NCBI RefSeq assembly: GCF_006345805.1
Contig: NC_043004.1
Location: 87,854,001-87,918,000 of the forward strand
Direction: 5' to 3'
Length of the DNA: 64,000 nucleotides
From: Octopus sinensis
Lineage: Eukaryota
Each line of letters begins with the position of its first letter. Position 1 is the stretch's first letter. The position numbers were made by a program, and so were the translations under genes. Below, one piece after another: positions 11,001-26,600 of the stretch. Below the pieces are notes generated by a model that was not told the DNA's origin, made no database searches, and saw only the letters and a list, made by a program, of their open reading frames with translations.

Positions 11001-14000
11001 CTGGTGTCGATTTGTTCATTGACTGAAATAAAAGATAAAACCGTATACATCATGTAACTTTCACGTAAGTCATATTGTGGTTGTAGTTAGTACAAATAAA
11101 ATTATCTTGTCTCTTATTTTAAATACATAATCAATGATATCCTTAGGATAATGCACTCAGCAATTGACTACGCTCTACAGAAAATGAGGTTTTCTAGCTA
11201 GTTGTTAACAAGAAGCAAAAGTTATCTCTCTTTAAGTGTAGGAAGGTAGCAGTAGGGGAATGCTTATTAATTAGACTTTTGTCACAAATCCACAAGATGG
11301 TGAATCAGCAGAAACATTAGTGGCTTGTGGTCATTGGTCTTGAATCCCGCTGTGGTCAACTTTGCCTTTCATCCTTCAGAGGGGGTTGGAATCAGTCAAA
11401 AATTGCTGTTGTTTCTTCTCTCTCGTTTGGTGTTGGTTATGTTGTACTATGAGAATTGTCATGGGAGACTACTCACAGCATCCCATTTCTACAGAAATGG
11501 AGAAGGGTTGAGTGAGGGTCTAGCAGTAAATTGGTAGGCTATTGGAACTGTCCAAGGATGGGCTGATGTGTGTAATGCAACACATTGGAAATAGAGGAAA
11601 TTCAAATTAACACAAAAGTGATCAGTTACACCTTCTCCATTCAAATGTCTATTGCTATCTATCATGTCTGTTACACAGGGATTCTGATATTTCAGAGCAC
11701 TTAACTTAATCTTGTTTGTTTTTACATCCATTTTTTTTAATTGTGGCACCAGCACTAGGGAGGTTGCATGGCTACAAACCTTGAAGTGGTGAAGTTTAAG
11801 CTAGGAGATGAGGAGCAGAGATGGGTAAAGTATGAAAGAATAAAGTAGGAGCAGAACAGGTTTTTTACCGTAGAGTAGTGCTCTGCAACTTTTTTTCTCT
11901 TGCGGCTCACTTATATTCTTTTCAAAATTTGGTGGCACACCTGAACTAAAAATATAAGGAAGAAATTATATTCAGGTTGCACTGTGGCACACCTAGCATT
12001 GTCTTGTGGCACACCAGTGTGCCATGGAATACCAGTAGTGATAAAAATAGTGGTGCTAAGGTGTCAGGGTGTATCATTAGATCTCATGTTTTTCCTGTAT
12101 CTAAACCAGATAAAGGATTAATGAGAATTTATCTTATTCTTTGATTATGGATTTAGGAATTAGTTGCGCTCATTTCAGATATTCTGTTTACATTCATCAT
12201 ATGTTTGTTTTCCCATGCTTGCATGTGTTAGATGAGTCTTCTCCAACACACTGTTCTACCACTTGTGGCATTCCTTTGTCATTTCCTGTGTGATGTCCAG
12301 CATCCTGAGATCAGTTTTCACTACCTCTCTTCATGTCTTTCTCTTTCACCACTCTCTACCACATGGATCTCTAAGCATTTCTGTATTCCTCTATCATTAT
12401 TCATATGCTTTACATATCTATACAAGTGTTGTCATTTCTCTTACACACTACATTTTATTCTTATCCAGATTTACTCTCAGTTCGTTTCTTATTTTGTCAA
12501 TTCATTTCTTATAATCTTTCTTTCAAAGATTGAGTAAATAATAACTTAGGTATTTAAGGTGTAAACCTTTCATGTTTAGCTTCAAATTCTATAATTATAC
12601 AGTATTTTCCAAATTACTTATTTATTTATTATATAATTAACACTGCAAGCATAGCTCTGTGGTTAAGAAGCTCTCTTCTCAACTACATGGTTTTTGCTTT
12701 AGTCCGACTGTGCAGCACTTTGAGCAAGTGTCTTCTACTATAGATCCAAGCTGACAAAGCATTGAGTGAATTTGATAAATGGAAACTAAAAGAAGCCTGC
12801 TATATGTGTGTATCTTCAGGTATTTGGGCTGATTTCGATAATTTTTTAATGTTTCCTTTTATCGGGAACAGCTTAATGTATTGGAAAACAGTTAATGGTG
12901 TTGGAGAGCATAAAGATTAAAGGTGTAGTTGAGAAAATGTTAGCTGACATGGAGGATTGAAAGTGATCTGAAAATTGGAAAAGAGGTACCTGTATCATGG
13001 TGATTCATGACAGCCTCTCAATGCTCTTTGAATACTGTTAAGGTAAGGCAGCTGCAACAGAGACTGTGAAGCTGTGGTCAACAGGAATGGACACAGCAAG
13101 TGTTCTGATTGCATCTGCATGCTGAAATTCACCTGTACGTTTTTGAACAGAGCTTCAGGCTCAATTCAGATGGCTATGCGAAGCTGCTGGGGACTGCAGT
13201 CAATCCCTGGCTGGAGTGGGTTGCTGCTGGAAGGATTCAGCTCCTTGCCGTTTCTCTGGAAAGAGTCAGAAGTGTTTATTAGAGAATTTCTTTAACTTCA
13301 TCAGTCCCAATTTCTGGTCTCTTAATTCCACCCGTTGTAATCCTATGGATTACTATGTATGTGAAGCACAGTCGAGAAAGGCACCAACTGCTCTGCCTGC
13401 AACACCAAGGCTGAGCTGGTGACCGAAATCAAGGAGGTGTTTGAAGATCTTCCCAGGGACACAGTGAGGACCACATGCACAATGTTCTTGAAGCCATGGT
13501 GGAAGCTGAGGGCAGCGGAGCAAACTGTTATCTCATAGCCATATTCTAGTTGATATTTTATGACTTTTTAGAAAATACTTTTATTTTCAGAGAAATATAT
13601 ATATATGTTTTAAATGCAAACTGTCAAATTTAACTCTATGTATGTGTGTCAATGTTTGTTTACATTTTTGTGCCATGCAAGTCACCAGCTATGAACTGTT
13701 GTTGTCACTTCTCCTGTCAACAAAGCATCAATTTACTTTGAGCTTTCAAATGTGTGTGAAAAAGGAGATCCCTCACTTGAAAAATAGCTATCTAGCCATA
13801 AAACAATTCCTCAATAATATATTCATCCTACCCTAGCTTAACACTCCAAATGGACATAAATGAACAAATTATTCATCATATAATAATTACTTTTACAAGT
13901 ATCTTCTATTGTAATTTTTACATGCTATTTCTATTTCACTTGTATTTAGTATATGTTTTTTTCAAAAACTGTACTTGATCATAAGTTGCGCTTGTGTTTA

Positions 14001-17000
14001 AGCCACACCCCTAATTTAGTGTTGAATTTTGGTACAAATTTTTTCCTTCTTCAAACTTTATATCAGCTTTGTTTCATGTATAAGTCACATCCAACTTTTT
14101 TCAGTTAAAATCAAGTATAAAACAATGCAACTTGTACACTAGTAAATACAGTATGTAGTTTTTTCAAATATTTTCACCTGTTTCTTTTTTAAAATTAACT
14201 TAATTATTCACTCATTTGTCTTATTTTAAGTTTTATTTTTATTAATTATTATTCCTTATTTTATCTAAGCTCTTATTGTATTTTAGGCTCCAACATACCA
14301 TTTGTTCTTTGAAGCCATCCTTATTATTTGTATCATTAAACTGCTGTTTTCTAAAAGTTACAACCCTGAAAAAACAATACTCACAGAAAAGGTAAGTGTC
14401 TTTACATATTTTGCAACTAATGGCATGAACAATTTTGTTTGTGACGTTATTTCATTAAGAAAATGAAATAATATAAAAAATGTTGTTTATAGAATGTTAG
14501 TAAAAATGGGGAAATGTTACTCTTAGTTTAAATGTTTTGAGGTTGTCATTAGTTTGTTAAGGTTTCCATGAATCAACATTGTGTATGTTTATGAAGCTTC
14601 ACCTGATTTTGGCCACTTATAGTTTGTTTCACAGCTTGAGCTAAAGCGATTGATTTTTAAAAATTTCAGTCTTTTATTGGGGAAAAAATTTTAATTGGAA
14701 ATCTCAAACAGTTGCTAATCCTCTAAATACTCTGATACCTGTAGGAATAGCAATGATTATGGAAACATTAAGTAAGCAACTGTGATTGTTAAGTTTTTAT
14801 GCTGAGTTCTTGACATAAATAAATTACATTTTCATCTTGGTTATCTTTGTATTTTTCACCCTTTTTCTATATTGTGAATCATCATCATTTAATGTTTGTT
14901 TTTCTTGCTGGCCAGGGTTGAATGGTTTGATAGGATCTGGTGAGGCACAGGGCTTTGTCTAGGCCTAATGTCAGCTTTGGCATGGTTTCGACAGCTCAAT
15001 GCCCTTACTAATGCCAATCGCTTTATAGTGTGCACTAGTTGCTATTTTCATACCACTTGCACTAATGAGGTTGCCAGATAATTTACAAAATAGGAAAAGA
15101 ACAAGAAAAAAGCCCCTTTCAACTAAGTGGGGAAAGTTTGGGAGTGGGGAGGTGGATTTATGCCAGGTGTTGAGTGGTTAAAGTATGATAGAAGGTATAA
15201 GCACAGGAGTCTTGTTATAGGGGAGATACATGGCTATCCCAGATTATATAAGGGTGAGTAGGTGGGAGCAGTTGGGAAGAAGGTAAAGATGGTAGTGATG
15301 GGGTGCCAGAGCAAGCTCTCAAGTTTCAAGAAGGTCAGCATAAGAGAGGATATGGGCAATGGATCACTGGGGTGAGGAGAGCGGGCAGATAGTTTCATAA
15401 AGGTTAGAGATGAATATAGTGAGTGATGAAAAAGAGTGGAAGTGTATAGGAATTTATATTATGCTTTAAGATGAAATGATATCAGCAAAAGGTGTATCAG
15501 TGAGGCATGGCTATATGGTAAGAAGCTTGCTTCCCAACCATATGATTCTAGGTTCAGTCCCACTGTGTGGCAAGTGTCTTCTACTATAACTTCAGGCTGA
15601 CAAAAGTCTTGTGAAAGGATTTGCTTGAAGGAAACTGAAAGAAGCCTGTCATGTATATATGTTTATGTCCCCGTAACTTAGCAGTTTGGCAAAAGAAACT
15701 GATAAAATAAGCACTAGGCTTTAAGAAAGAATAAAAAGAATAAGTACTGGAGTGGATTCATTTGATTTCCAGGCTGGCACAAATGAGCTGGAGGACAACT
15801 AAAGACATGGCTGGTGACAGTAAAGGCTTATGTGGAAGCACAATCAGGTCCCTACGTCTATGGTCTTTGGCAATGGTGGAACTGGGAGTGGGTATCCATT
15901 ACAACCTTGACTGTGGCTGGCCATTAGATATAATCAACATTCTTGAGGGATGTAATAATTTGGACAGAGCTGGCCTGACCACCCCAGGTGAATGCTGCAA
16001 CAAGTACAAATAACTGAAACAGTAAAAGAACTGGGAATTGCATAATTCTAGAACTCTATTATGTATTTTCTTTAATGACGAAACAACATTTTTCTTATAG
16101 ATGCTAGTTATATTATGAAGGTTGCTTCACATCCATGCAGTTTCAGGTTTGTTTTCTCTGTACAGCACTGTAGGCAAGTGTCTTTTACTATGGCCTTCGG
16201 TTGGCTAAAATCTGGGAAGTGAAATTAATAGAAATAAACTGTATAGAAATGAAGGCATGTAGCCTAATTGTTTGGATGTTTCACTCATGATTGTGGTTTC
16301 AAAACCTGGACCTGTCAGTGCATTGTATTCTTGAGCAAATTATTCATTTTACAATTCTCCTGTCAACTCAGCTGTAAATGAGATTCAACAATAGCTGGGA
16401 AGTTAACACTGCAATGGACTGGCATCCTATTCAGTGGAGTGTTGTAGTCTCAATCACTTATAAGCAAAGAAATTGGCTTAAGCTTCAATGTTATGAATTT
16501 AGTCTTAGGACATATGACTAACCTGAACTGTATGGAAGCTTGAAGTGTATGACCATAGATGTCCCTGTATGTTTGTTCCCTCTTGTCTGTCCCTTGGCAT
16601 TGTTTATGCACTTGAAACAGTGACACCATTTAGACTATATTATTGTCCACACATGCCATAAAATCATATCTGGACTGCATAGTTTATAATGCAAAAAACT
16701 AGGAGAATATACATCTTGTATGAAACAGCCAATGGTTGGTGACAGGAAGAACATCCAGCTGTGCAAAACTGCCCCAGCATCCAAATGTTTTACGGTTCAA
16801 ATGATCTTGGCACATTTTCTTGTGTTATTGGTTTGTGCAATGTAAATTGTTTTAGAGTACAGGTACCATGAAAAAAAGCATCATTCCAGTCTATAAAGTG
16901 GTTGGTGTTAGGAAGGACATCTAGCTGTAGAAACCTTGCCAAAAACCAGACAATGTAGACCAATGTAGCTCCCAGGCTAGTTGGATCCTGTTCCACTGTG

Positions 17001-20000
17001 CAAACCATGCCAAACATTAAATGATGATCACGGTAGAGGTTTGCTGGTTAAATGTTTGCTCCTCCAGCAATACTTTTTTTATGAGTAAATTGAACTCAGC
17101 ACTGTTAACAGATGGAGCTCTCATCACTGAAGCTCTCATAGGAGAACTATATTCCTCTGTGATATCTGCTTAGAACTAGTTGGACTTGGCTGTTAAGTCT
17201 TTTTGGCCATGAAGACAATTCACTGTGTGTCCTTGTAAATTCAGAATAGAAGGCATGTGGATTAGTGGTTAGGGTATTTAGCTTACAATTGTGAGGTTGT
17301 GAGTTCAATTCCCAGCATTGTGTTGTGTCTGAGAGCAAGACACTTTATTTCACATTGTTCCAGTCCTCTCAGCTGGCAAATATGAGTAGTACCTGTATTT
17401 CAAAGGGCCAGCTTTGTCACATTGTGTGTTATGCTGAATCTCCCTGAGAACTATAATAAGGGTATGCATGTCAGTAGAGTGCTCAGCCACTTTCATGTTA
17501 ATTACATGAGCAGGCTGTTCCGTTGATTGGAACAACTGAAACCCATGTCATCATAACTGACGCAGTGCCAGATTTTATTTAGATAAGATGGTCAGGTGTG
17601 GGAATAATCAGTAGTTAAAGTTAACAAGATTTCTTTGTTTAAATTATGAAATTCGTTTTTTCTTTCAACCTCAGGAAAAATCAGATTTAATTGCTGACTG
17701 GGTGCCTCAGCCACTTGTTCCAAAGACGAGAGAAGATCATCCACTTTTGGACAATCTGAGAAATAATGTTATTTCTGGGTAAAATTCCTTTTTTATTTCA
17801 AATTGTTTAATTAGTAAATGTTGTTATTGTTTAACTATTTTGATATTGCTAGTATTGGAGGCGCAATGGCCCAGTGGTTAGGGCAGTGGACTCGCGGTCG
17901 TAGGATCGTGGTTTCGATTCCCAGACCGGGCGTTTGTGAGTGTTTATTGAGCGAAAACACCTAGAGCTCCACAAGGCTCTGGCAGGGATGGTGGTGATCC
18001 CTGCTGTACTCTTTCACCACACTTTCTCTCACTCTTACTTCCTGTTTCTGTTGTACCTGTATTTCAAAGGGCCGGCCTTGTCACTCTCTGTGTCACGCTG
18101 AATATCCCCGAGAACTACGTTAAGGGTACATGTGTCTGTGGAGTGCTCAGCCACTTACACGTTAATTTCACGAGCAGGCTGTTCCGTTGATTGGATCAAC
18201 TGGAACCCTCGTCGTCGTAACCGACGGAGTGCTTCCATCCCATTGTTTTTGAAAGGTTGTTTGTTTTTAAAAAAATTCATTTCTAACATTCACCCTTACA
18301 TGCCTCTGACATCACTCTCCATCACTGTGTCCTCTTTCTCTCTACCTCCCTCTCTCTCATGCATTCCTCTTTTATCCACCTAGTCCCACATCATCTCCTT
18401 ATCTCCCATCTTTCTGCTCTCCACCCTTTCTGTACTTCCACTTATCACCTCCTCCCTCCTGAGCCACTTCTGTTTCTTTCACCTTCTCCTCCAGACTCAT
18501 ATTTACCATCGATCATGCCTTCACCTTTGTTCACCCCTCTTACATTTTTATAAACATAGCAATCCTTCCTTATCCTTTGTCTCTATTCTCTCTTATACTC
18601 ACTTTCTTATACCTTCAGGATACACCCTGACACTTTGTCACCACCATCTTTATCTCTCTTTCCAGTTATTCCCACTCACCTTTATATACTGTGAGGCAAC
18701 CATGTATTTCCTCTTCAGCAAGACACCAGTTCTTGACCTTGTATTGTATTTTAGCTCCTCAACAGATGGCATAAAGCCACTTTGCTCTCTGCTACACTTT
18801 CATTCAGTGGAAGGAGCGTTTTTGTTTTGCAAATTACTTGTTCTCCCTAGTGCAAGTGCTACAAAGAGTAAAACACACATATTACACTCTGTAAAATGGT
18901 CAGTGTTATGAAGGGCATTCACCTGTAGAAACCATAACAAAGTAGATATTGGAACTTGGTGCAGTCTTTTGGCTTGTTAGATCCTGTTGAGCCACCCAAT
19001 CATTGCTAGCATGAACAATGAACATTAAACGATGATCATTATTTCTCACATTGTATATAAACTTTTCATACTCTTTAAACTAATTTCCCTTATGTTATAT
19101 AGTTGAGTTCTGTTTCAGAACCTTAACTATACACTGCCATATTTACAGTGCTACATATATAATAATGAAATTATTGTATACAGTGCTCAGGTGCACCACA
19201 ACTTGTCAGAAAGTGCATATAAAGTACATGCAGTAATGTAAAAATGTCTGGAAAGCGAACAATGTATGAGTCAGATACATGCCTGTGTGTGTATGGAGGG
19301 GAGAAAATCAGGTGTAGTGTTGGCGAATCTCAGAAAGCATGGAAGTTTTGAAGGATGCAGTGCTCCGACAACTAACAACTGATGCCGGCAGTTTGTTCCA
19401 TGCTTCAGCAACTCTCAGCGTGAAAAAATGTTTCCTGAAGTCATGGGAGCTGTGCTGTTTTCTGACTTTGTAAATATGTCCACGGGTGTTAGATGGGTGG
19501 AGTTTGAAAAGTATCTACATAGTTCATAAATTTAATGCTATGAATGTTAGTTCCTCTTAGAATTTTAAAAATATTTTTGATAATACTAAGCTTAGACTTA
19601 GTTTTGATGAGTGACTATATATAAAATCTAACTGAAATTTTTTACAGCCTCTGAACACTTAGCATAAAGCCACTTCCTTTTTTGCTACATCTCCACAAAG
19701 TCAAGGGATCATTCTTGTTTTGCAAGTTGGTGACTTCATGCCAGTGCTACAAAAAAAAGCACCCCCTCCTTATACTCTGTAAAGTGGTTGGTGTTAAAAA
19801 AATTATCCAACTGTAGGAACCATGCCAAATAATTCTTTATTAGAAAGAAGCAAATAATCTATCTTTGAATTGCTAATTTTATAATATTTTACCCTTTTTA
19901 TATATTAATGTTGCATGATAATAATTTGAAATTTTTACAAGTAATAGGTTTGAGACAGACCCACCGACTAGAAAGTGGGTTTTTTCTGTCTCAAGATGAT

Positions 20001-20649
20001 GCTTATTATATCAAATACTGTTTTACATTAAAAATCTTGTAAATTATGCAGCATTTTAACATAAGTTAGTTCACAATTCCATTTTATTTTCATTTCTGTC
20101 TTGTTTTGATCTTAATTCAAAAGTCTGGTATATAGGCGCAGGAGTGGCTGTTTGGTAAGTAGCTTGCTAACCAACCACATGGTTCCGGGTTCAGTCCCAC
20201 TGCGTGGCATCTTGGGCACGTGTCTTCTGCTATAGCCCCGGGCCGACCAATGCCTTGTGAGTGGATTTGGTAGACGGAAACTGAAAGAAGCCTGTCGTAT
20301 ATATGTATATATATATATATAAGTGTGTGTGAATATGTTTGTGTGTCTGTGTTTGTTCCCCTAGCATTGCTTGACAACCGATGCTGGTGTGTTTACGTCC
20401 CTGTAACTTAGCGGTTCGGCAAAAGAGACCGATAGAATAAGTACTGGGCTTACAAAGAATAAGTCCCGAGGTCGATTTGCTCGACTAAAGGCGGTGCTAC
20501 AGCATGGCCGCAGTCAAATGACTGAAACAAGTAAAAAGAGTAAAAAGAGTATACTGTCAGTCACTTTCTGCTGAAAGTTAGGTGGACATAAACAAACCAA
20601 TACTAGTTGTTGAGCATTGAGAGACAAACACAACCTATATATGTGCATG

Positions 20650-20687
<38 letters not shown>

Positions 20688-23600
20688 GTTTTCCATCTAC
20701 TAAATCACTCACAAAGCATTAGCTAGCCCCAGAGCAATAGAAGATGCTTCAGGTGCTACACAGTGGATTGAACCCAATACAATGTGGTTGCAAAGTGAGT
20801 TTCTTATCCACACAGCCATGCCTCTTCTGTGTGCTATAGACATTGATAATTGCAACTTGTGTAGTTTATTGATAAGATTATTATGAAAATCTTAAGTCTA
20901 TGTATTTAAGAGTTTTTTTCCTTATAACTCTAAGGTTGACCAAATATTTAGTTAATCTCTTTGCTCTGTTATATTTTAATTGAATAATTTTCCTTTCTCT
21001 TCCAGGAAAGCAGGCAAATACCTGACTATCCAAGGTCGACAATGTATTAACATAGCCACTTTTAATTTTTTGGGTATGCTTGGTGAAAAATGTGTCGAGG
21101 TAATTTCAGTAATTTCATTTTCAAACTAATTTTTTATTTCAATTATTTTTTACTCCTTTAACTTGTTTCAGTCATTTGACTGCGGCCATGCTGGAGCACC
21201 GCCTTTAGTCAAGCAAATCGACCCCAGGACTTATTCTTTGTAAGCCTAGTACCTATTCTATTGGTCTCTTTTCCTGAACTGCTAGGTTGTCAAGCGATGT
21301 TGGGGGGACAAACACAGACACAAACATATACAGACACATACATATATACTACAGGCTTCTTTCAGTTTCCGTCTACCAAATCCACTCACAAGGCTTTGGT
21401 TGGCCCGAGGCTATAGTAGAAAACACTTGCCCAAAAGAGACCGATAGAATACATATGAGGCTTACAAAGAATAAGTCCTAGGGTCAATTTCTTTAACTTA
21501 AACCATGGTCACAGTCAAACGACTGAAACAAGTAAAAGAAAAAAGAAGGAAAGACTATCTGTTTCCATTTGTATTGTAAATAACAGTTTGACTCAGCTCC
21601 ACATTCCTCAAAGATTTGCAGGCTTGTATGACACATCCATCTCATCAGAGGTTAGAAGTCAGAGTAGAAGGTTTGAAAGAAATTCAAGATAGCTTCTAGA
21701 TGTTTAAGACTGAGCTACTGATTTGCACCAACATCCTACCCCACCATCTGCAGTACCCAATATAAGGAACTGGTGTCACTGAATATATAATGTTGCAGCT
21801 TGCTGTTAAGCATGATGCCAGCATCCTGCCAACAGTTTCTGTTTACTTCTTGCAAGGCATTAGTTGGCCTGTTGCTATAGTAGAAAACACTTGTCCAATG
21901 TGTCATACAGTGGAAGTCAACCTGAAACCTTTTGGTTGCAAAGTTTAATGTAAACCATTATTTTTGAAAATTTGTTTTGAGTCCAACTATTGGACCTTTG
22001 TTATATTTCGTTATTTCATTGTCTTAAGGCAGTCAGCTGGCAGAATTGTTAGCATGTCAGACAAAATGCTAAGCATTTTGTCTGTCTTTATATTTGAGTT
22101 CAAATTCTGTTGTAGTTGACTTTGCCTTTCATCCTTTTGAGGTTAATAAATTAAGTACCAGCAAAACACTGGAGTCGATGTAATCAACTAGTCCCCTCAC
22201 CCAAAATTTCAGGCCTTGTGCCTTTAGTAGAAAAGATTATTTCATTATCTTGATTTATTGATTAATCAAAATTTCAGTTAAGTAGACTGGTATGTCTTAA
22301 TTTATATTAAGAATATTAACTGATTTTTTTTTTTTTTGTGATTGATAATTGATCAATTTTGCTTTTCAGTTAATATGAAATCTTTCTTCCTTTCTTGTAG
22401 GATGCAGCAATTGGGACCCTCTTGCGATATGGGGTTGGTTCTTGTGGTCCAAGAGCATTCTATGGCACCATGGGTAAGTAATATGCACCACTGTCTGAGG
22501 TTTAGCATCTACGCTTTTAGTTCTTTGCCGATTGTAAAAGAACAAAGAACTCTAGAAATATAATGTCCTGCTTTTAGTCTTTAACCGGAATAAACACGTA
22601 TGTGCATATATATAGTTATTTGTATGTATGTTGAAGTAAGGTTAGGACTCAATATTAAAAGCAGGGACATATTTATTGTAAAATTCTTGTTGACTTAAAC
22701 TTTGTTTGACGATCTACACAGTTGACTTATGCTGGTTGATTGAGTTGTGAGGTGAAACTTAAAATGCCATTCAATATAAGTTTTACAACATGCACACATG
22801 TGCACACAGACACTAATGTTTGTTTTATGTTATAATAAAAACAATTTTACATTAATCTGATGGGATACTCAATACTTTTGTAGAACACAAATTTATTATT
22901 CTTAAATAAGAATGTTGTTGACAGTAACTTTGAATTTTCAACCAGCTAAGCCATCATTGGACTGTGACAATGTTTGTCTCACTCAGATGTTGTTTTTAAC
23001 ATACCAGTGCCGGTGGTACGTAAGAGAACCATCCAAGTCTATGAAGAAATTTTAGTCTGAGAAAATTTCACAGCATCATGTCCCTATCAGATGTGTATAC
23101 ATTTAGTAGGGTGCATAAATTGCAATTTTGATTTAACCCTTTTTTTGCCATATCTCTTTTGAAATACTCTACCTTTATTTTGATTAATTTTGAAAATATA
23201 GGTGTAAGTGTGGCTGTGTGATAAGAAGCTTGCTTCCCAACCACACTGTTCCAGGTTCAGTCCTACTGCATGGCACCTTGGGCAAATGTCTTCTACTGTA
23301 GCCTCCATGTTAGCATGGAAAAAGAACATTAAATGATGATGATGTTTTCTCTCTGTATAATTTGTTATTTGTGATATTTCAGATGTTCATCTCGACATGG
23401 AAGATAAGATGCGGCGATTTCTTGGGGCAGAATCAGCAATTCTTTATTCCTATGGTTTTGCTACTGTTGCAAGTGCTATTCCTGCATATTCAAAACGTGG
23501 TGATGTTATATTTTGGTATGTTGGTATTTGATTATTTGAATTACTCATTTAAATATTTTGATTTATCTTCCTATTACAACCTGAAAGACAGAATCTGTTC

Positions 23601-26600
23601 TCTACTTGCTTGTGCCTAATTAATATATACAAGAAATCAAAATTTTAACACTTTCATTATCATATTTCTACTGAAATGCACTTCCTTTGCTTTGAAGCTT
23701 GCTTCCCAATCACTTGGTTCTGGGTTCAGTCCCACTGCATGGCACCTTAGGCAAGTGTCTTTTACTATAGCCTTAAGCTGACCAAAGCCTTATGAGTTGA
23801 TTTGGTAGACGGAAACTGAAAGAAGTCTGTTGTATTATATATTTCTGTGTGTGTCTGAGTCTATGTTTGTCTCTCCCACCATTGCTTGACAACTGATGTT
23901 GGTGTGTTTATGTCCCCCATAACTTAGTGGTTAGGCAAAAGCAATCAGTAGAATAAGCACTTGGCTTACAAAGAGTACGTCCTGGAGTCGATTCATTCCA
24001 CTAAAAAACTCTTTATGGTGGTGCTGCAGCATGGCCACAGTCAACTGGATAAAAAATGTTTAAGAAAATGACTTCCTTATTATTAAGCTGGTCTTTGGAA
24101 CATATTTTGACATGAAATTTTGATGGAAACTTTGAAACTCCGACTTCTGGCAACTGACTTGGCAGACACCCATAAAATTATTAACCATCTTACTAACAAT
24201 AACTCTGAGCACCTTTTCAAACACCACCTGTCTAACACCCGTGGACATGTTTACAAAGTCAGAAAACTGCACAACTCCCATGACTTTTGGAAACATTTAT
24301 TCACACTAAGAGTTGCTGAAGTATGGAACAAACTGCTGGCATCTGTTGTTAGTTGTTGGAGCCCTGCATCCTTCAAAACTTCCATGCTTCCTGAGATTCG
24401 CCAACAATACACCTGATTTTCTCCCCTCCATACATACGCAAGCATATATCTAACTCATACACTGTTCACTTTCCAGACATTTGTACATTACTGCATATGC
24501 TTTATACGCACTTTTGACAAGTTGTAGTGCACCTGAGCACTGTATACAATAATTTCATCATTATTATTATTTTTAAATTAACATGAAATTTTGATAGAAA
24601 GTTTTAATTTAAATCACTCTAAAACAAAAGTTTATTTCATAGAACCAGGTGGGGTCTCAGATGGGCTGTTATTAAGAGTTAATGGGTTAAAAAATACTAA
24701 CTGAAAATTTAATTACTATAAATATTGTGAAAATCATATATGTGGTGTTATTGAAAACAATCTATTCATAATTTTATCTGGCAAATGCTATATCCAGTGA
24801 CTCATGATGGTTACCTATCCAATTCTGAAGAATTTTTGCTGATTTTTAAATATTAGAAATATATTTATCTTACTTATAATTAATTTCTTTTAATCATTTA
24901 CTTGTTTCAGCCATTGGACTGCAGCCAAGCTGGGGCACTGCCTGGAAGGGTTTTAGTCAAACAGATTGACCCCAGTTCTTAATTTTTATATTTGGTACCT
25001 ATTTTATCTGTCTTTTATGCCAAACTAGTAAGTTATGCAGATGTAAACAAACTCACACCGGTTGTCAAGCACAGTCACAACATTCCCCCTCTCATAGATA
25101 TGGGCAGCTAGGCATCAAATATATTTGGTTAAGGGTGAAGAAATTGAAAAAAAGAAAAAAATGGATGTAATCTCGACAACCACTTTAAATATATTAGGAA
25201 TTTGTAGCAGATCCACCTTACCTGTTAATTAGATGTTTGTATCCTGTTGTGTTTGTTTAAACTTTGGTGCATCAAATTATTAATGAAATTTCTTTTAACA
25301 CAAGGTTTTCTTTACTTTTCTTTTTGTTTGTTTGTTTTTCTAGTGATGCAGGAGTTTGTTTCTCAATCCAAAAAGGTTTGCTAGCTTCCCGTAGTGTAAT
25401 AAAATATTTCAGACATAATGATATGGACCATTTAACAGAATTATTGATCGAACAAGAAAAAGAAGAGCAAAAGGTACGTATTATAACTTATCAAAATTAT
25501 CATTGATTTTGTTGCCATGGAATTGTCTCTCAGAAATTAAACATTTATCAGCAATTTCTTATTTTCTTTCATCATATTATCATGGTTTTAACGTCCACTT
25601 CTTCATACCTGCATGGGTTGAAGAAAATTTAAAGGCAGGTCTTCTATGGTTGGATGCCACTCTTGTTGTTAACTCTCACTTGTTTTCTAAGCAAGGTGAT
25701 ATTTCCCCATGGCCAGACATGTTTACACAGAATATTGGAAATGAATGACACTGCTTGTATAACAGTGACGCTCATTTACAACTATCACGCAATGTCAAAA
25801 CAAAGAGACACAAACATGCACATATTCACATGCATATTTATAAATGCAAGCACTCATTAATTACTGGTACTGACACTGTATTTCGTTAAGCAAAAATAAT
25901 ATACTACCTAGTATATCAAAGGCTTATAAGTCCTTACTGTGCCTCACCTATGTTAACAGGGTTATTAAATCACTTTTTAAAGTTATCTCTATTGAAAATC
26001 TATAAACCTGAAAAACAACACGTATATACAACAGGCTTCTTTCAGTTTTTGTCTGCCAAATCCACTCACACGGCTTATGTTGGTTTGGGGCTATCCTAAA
26101 AGCCACTTGCCCAAGCTAGCCTAAAAGAAACTTGGGGCTATCCTAAAAGACACTTGCCATAGGACCAAAACTGAAACCATGTGATTGGAAAGCAACATTC
26201 TTAACCATGCAGCCATGCCTGGACCTCATTCTGAATGGAATCGTTTTTCATTTATGTTGACAAATCTAGTAATGCAAAAGTTATATGCTTAATGTGTCAT
26301 AAATTTTTCTTTATTTCAAAAAGAACAAGCAAAAAATAAAATCCTATTTTGCAAAGTTCATTTGGCAAATAAAACCTTAAATTTGTTAAATTGCTAACGA
26401 TGTATTAATCCTTATACTCATCAGTTATATATGCATATTTTATAACTACCCCTGAAATACTTTGATGTTGGTGTGAATTAAGATAAAAGTGAGGCCTATA
26501 AAGAAAGTGAAAATGTTGCTAATTTTTAGAAATACTATTTTATTGATTGAAAATTTTACTGTACTATGTAGAAGTCATACTATTTTATTCTTGATTTTTA

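Noticed and set aside
17857-17930. tRNA genes at SINE heads (also 7678, 20135, 30235)
   Set aside because: A/B-box-like motifs only; no complete cloverleaf, and they continue into multicopy SINE bodies.
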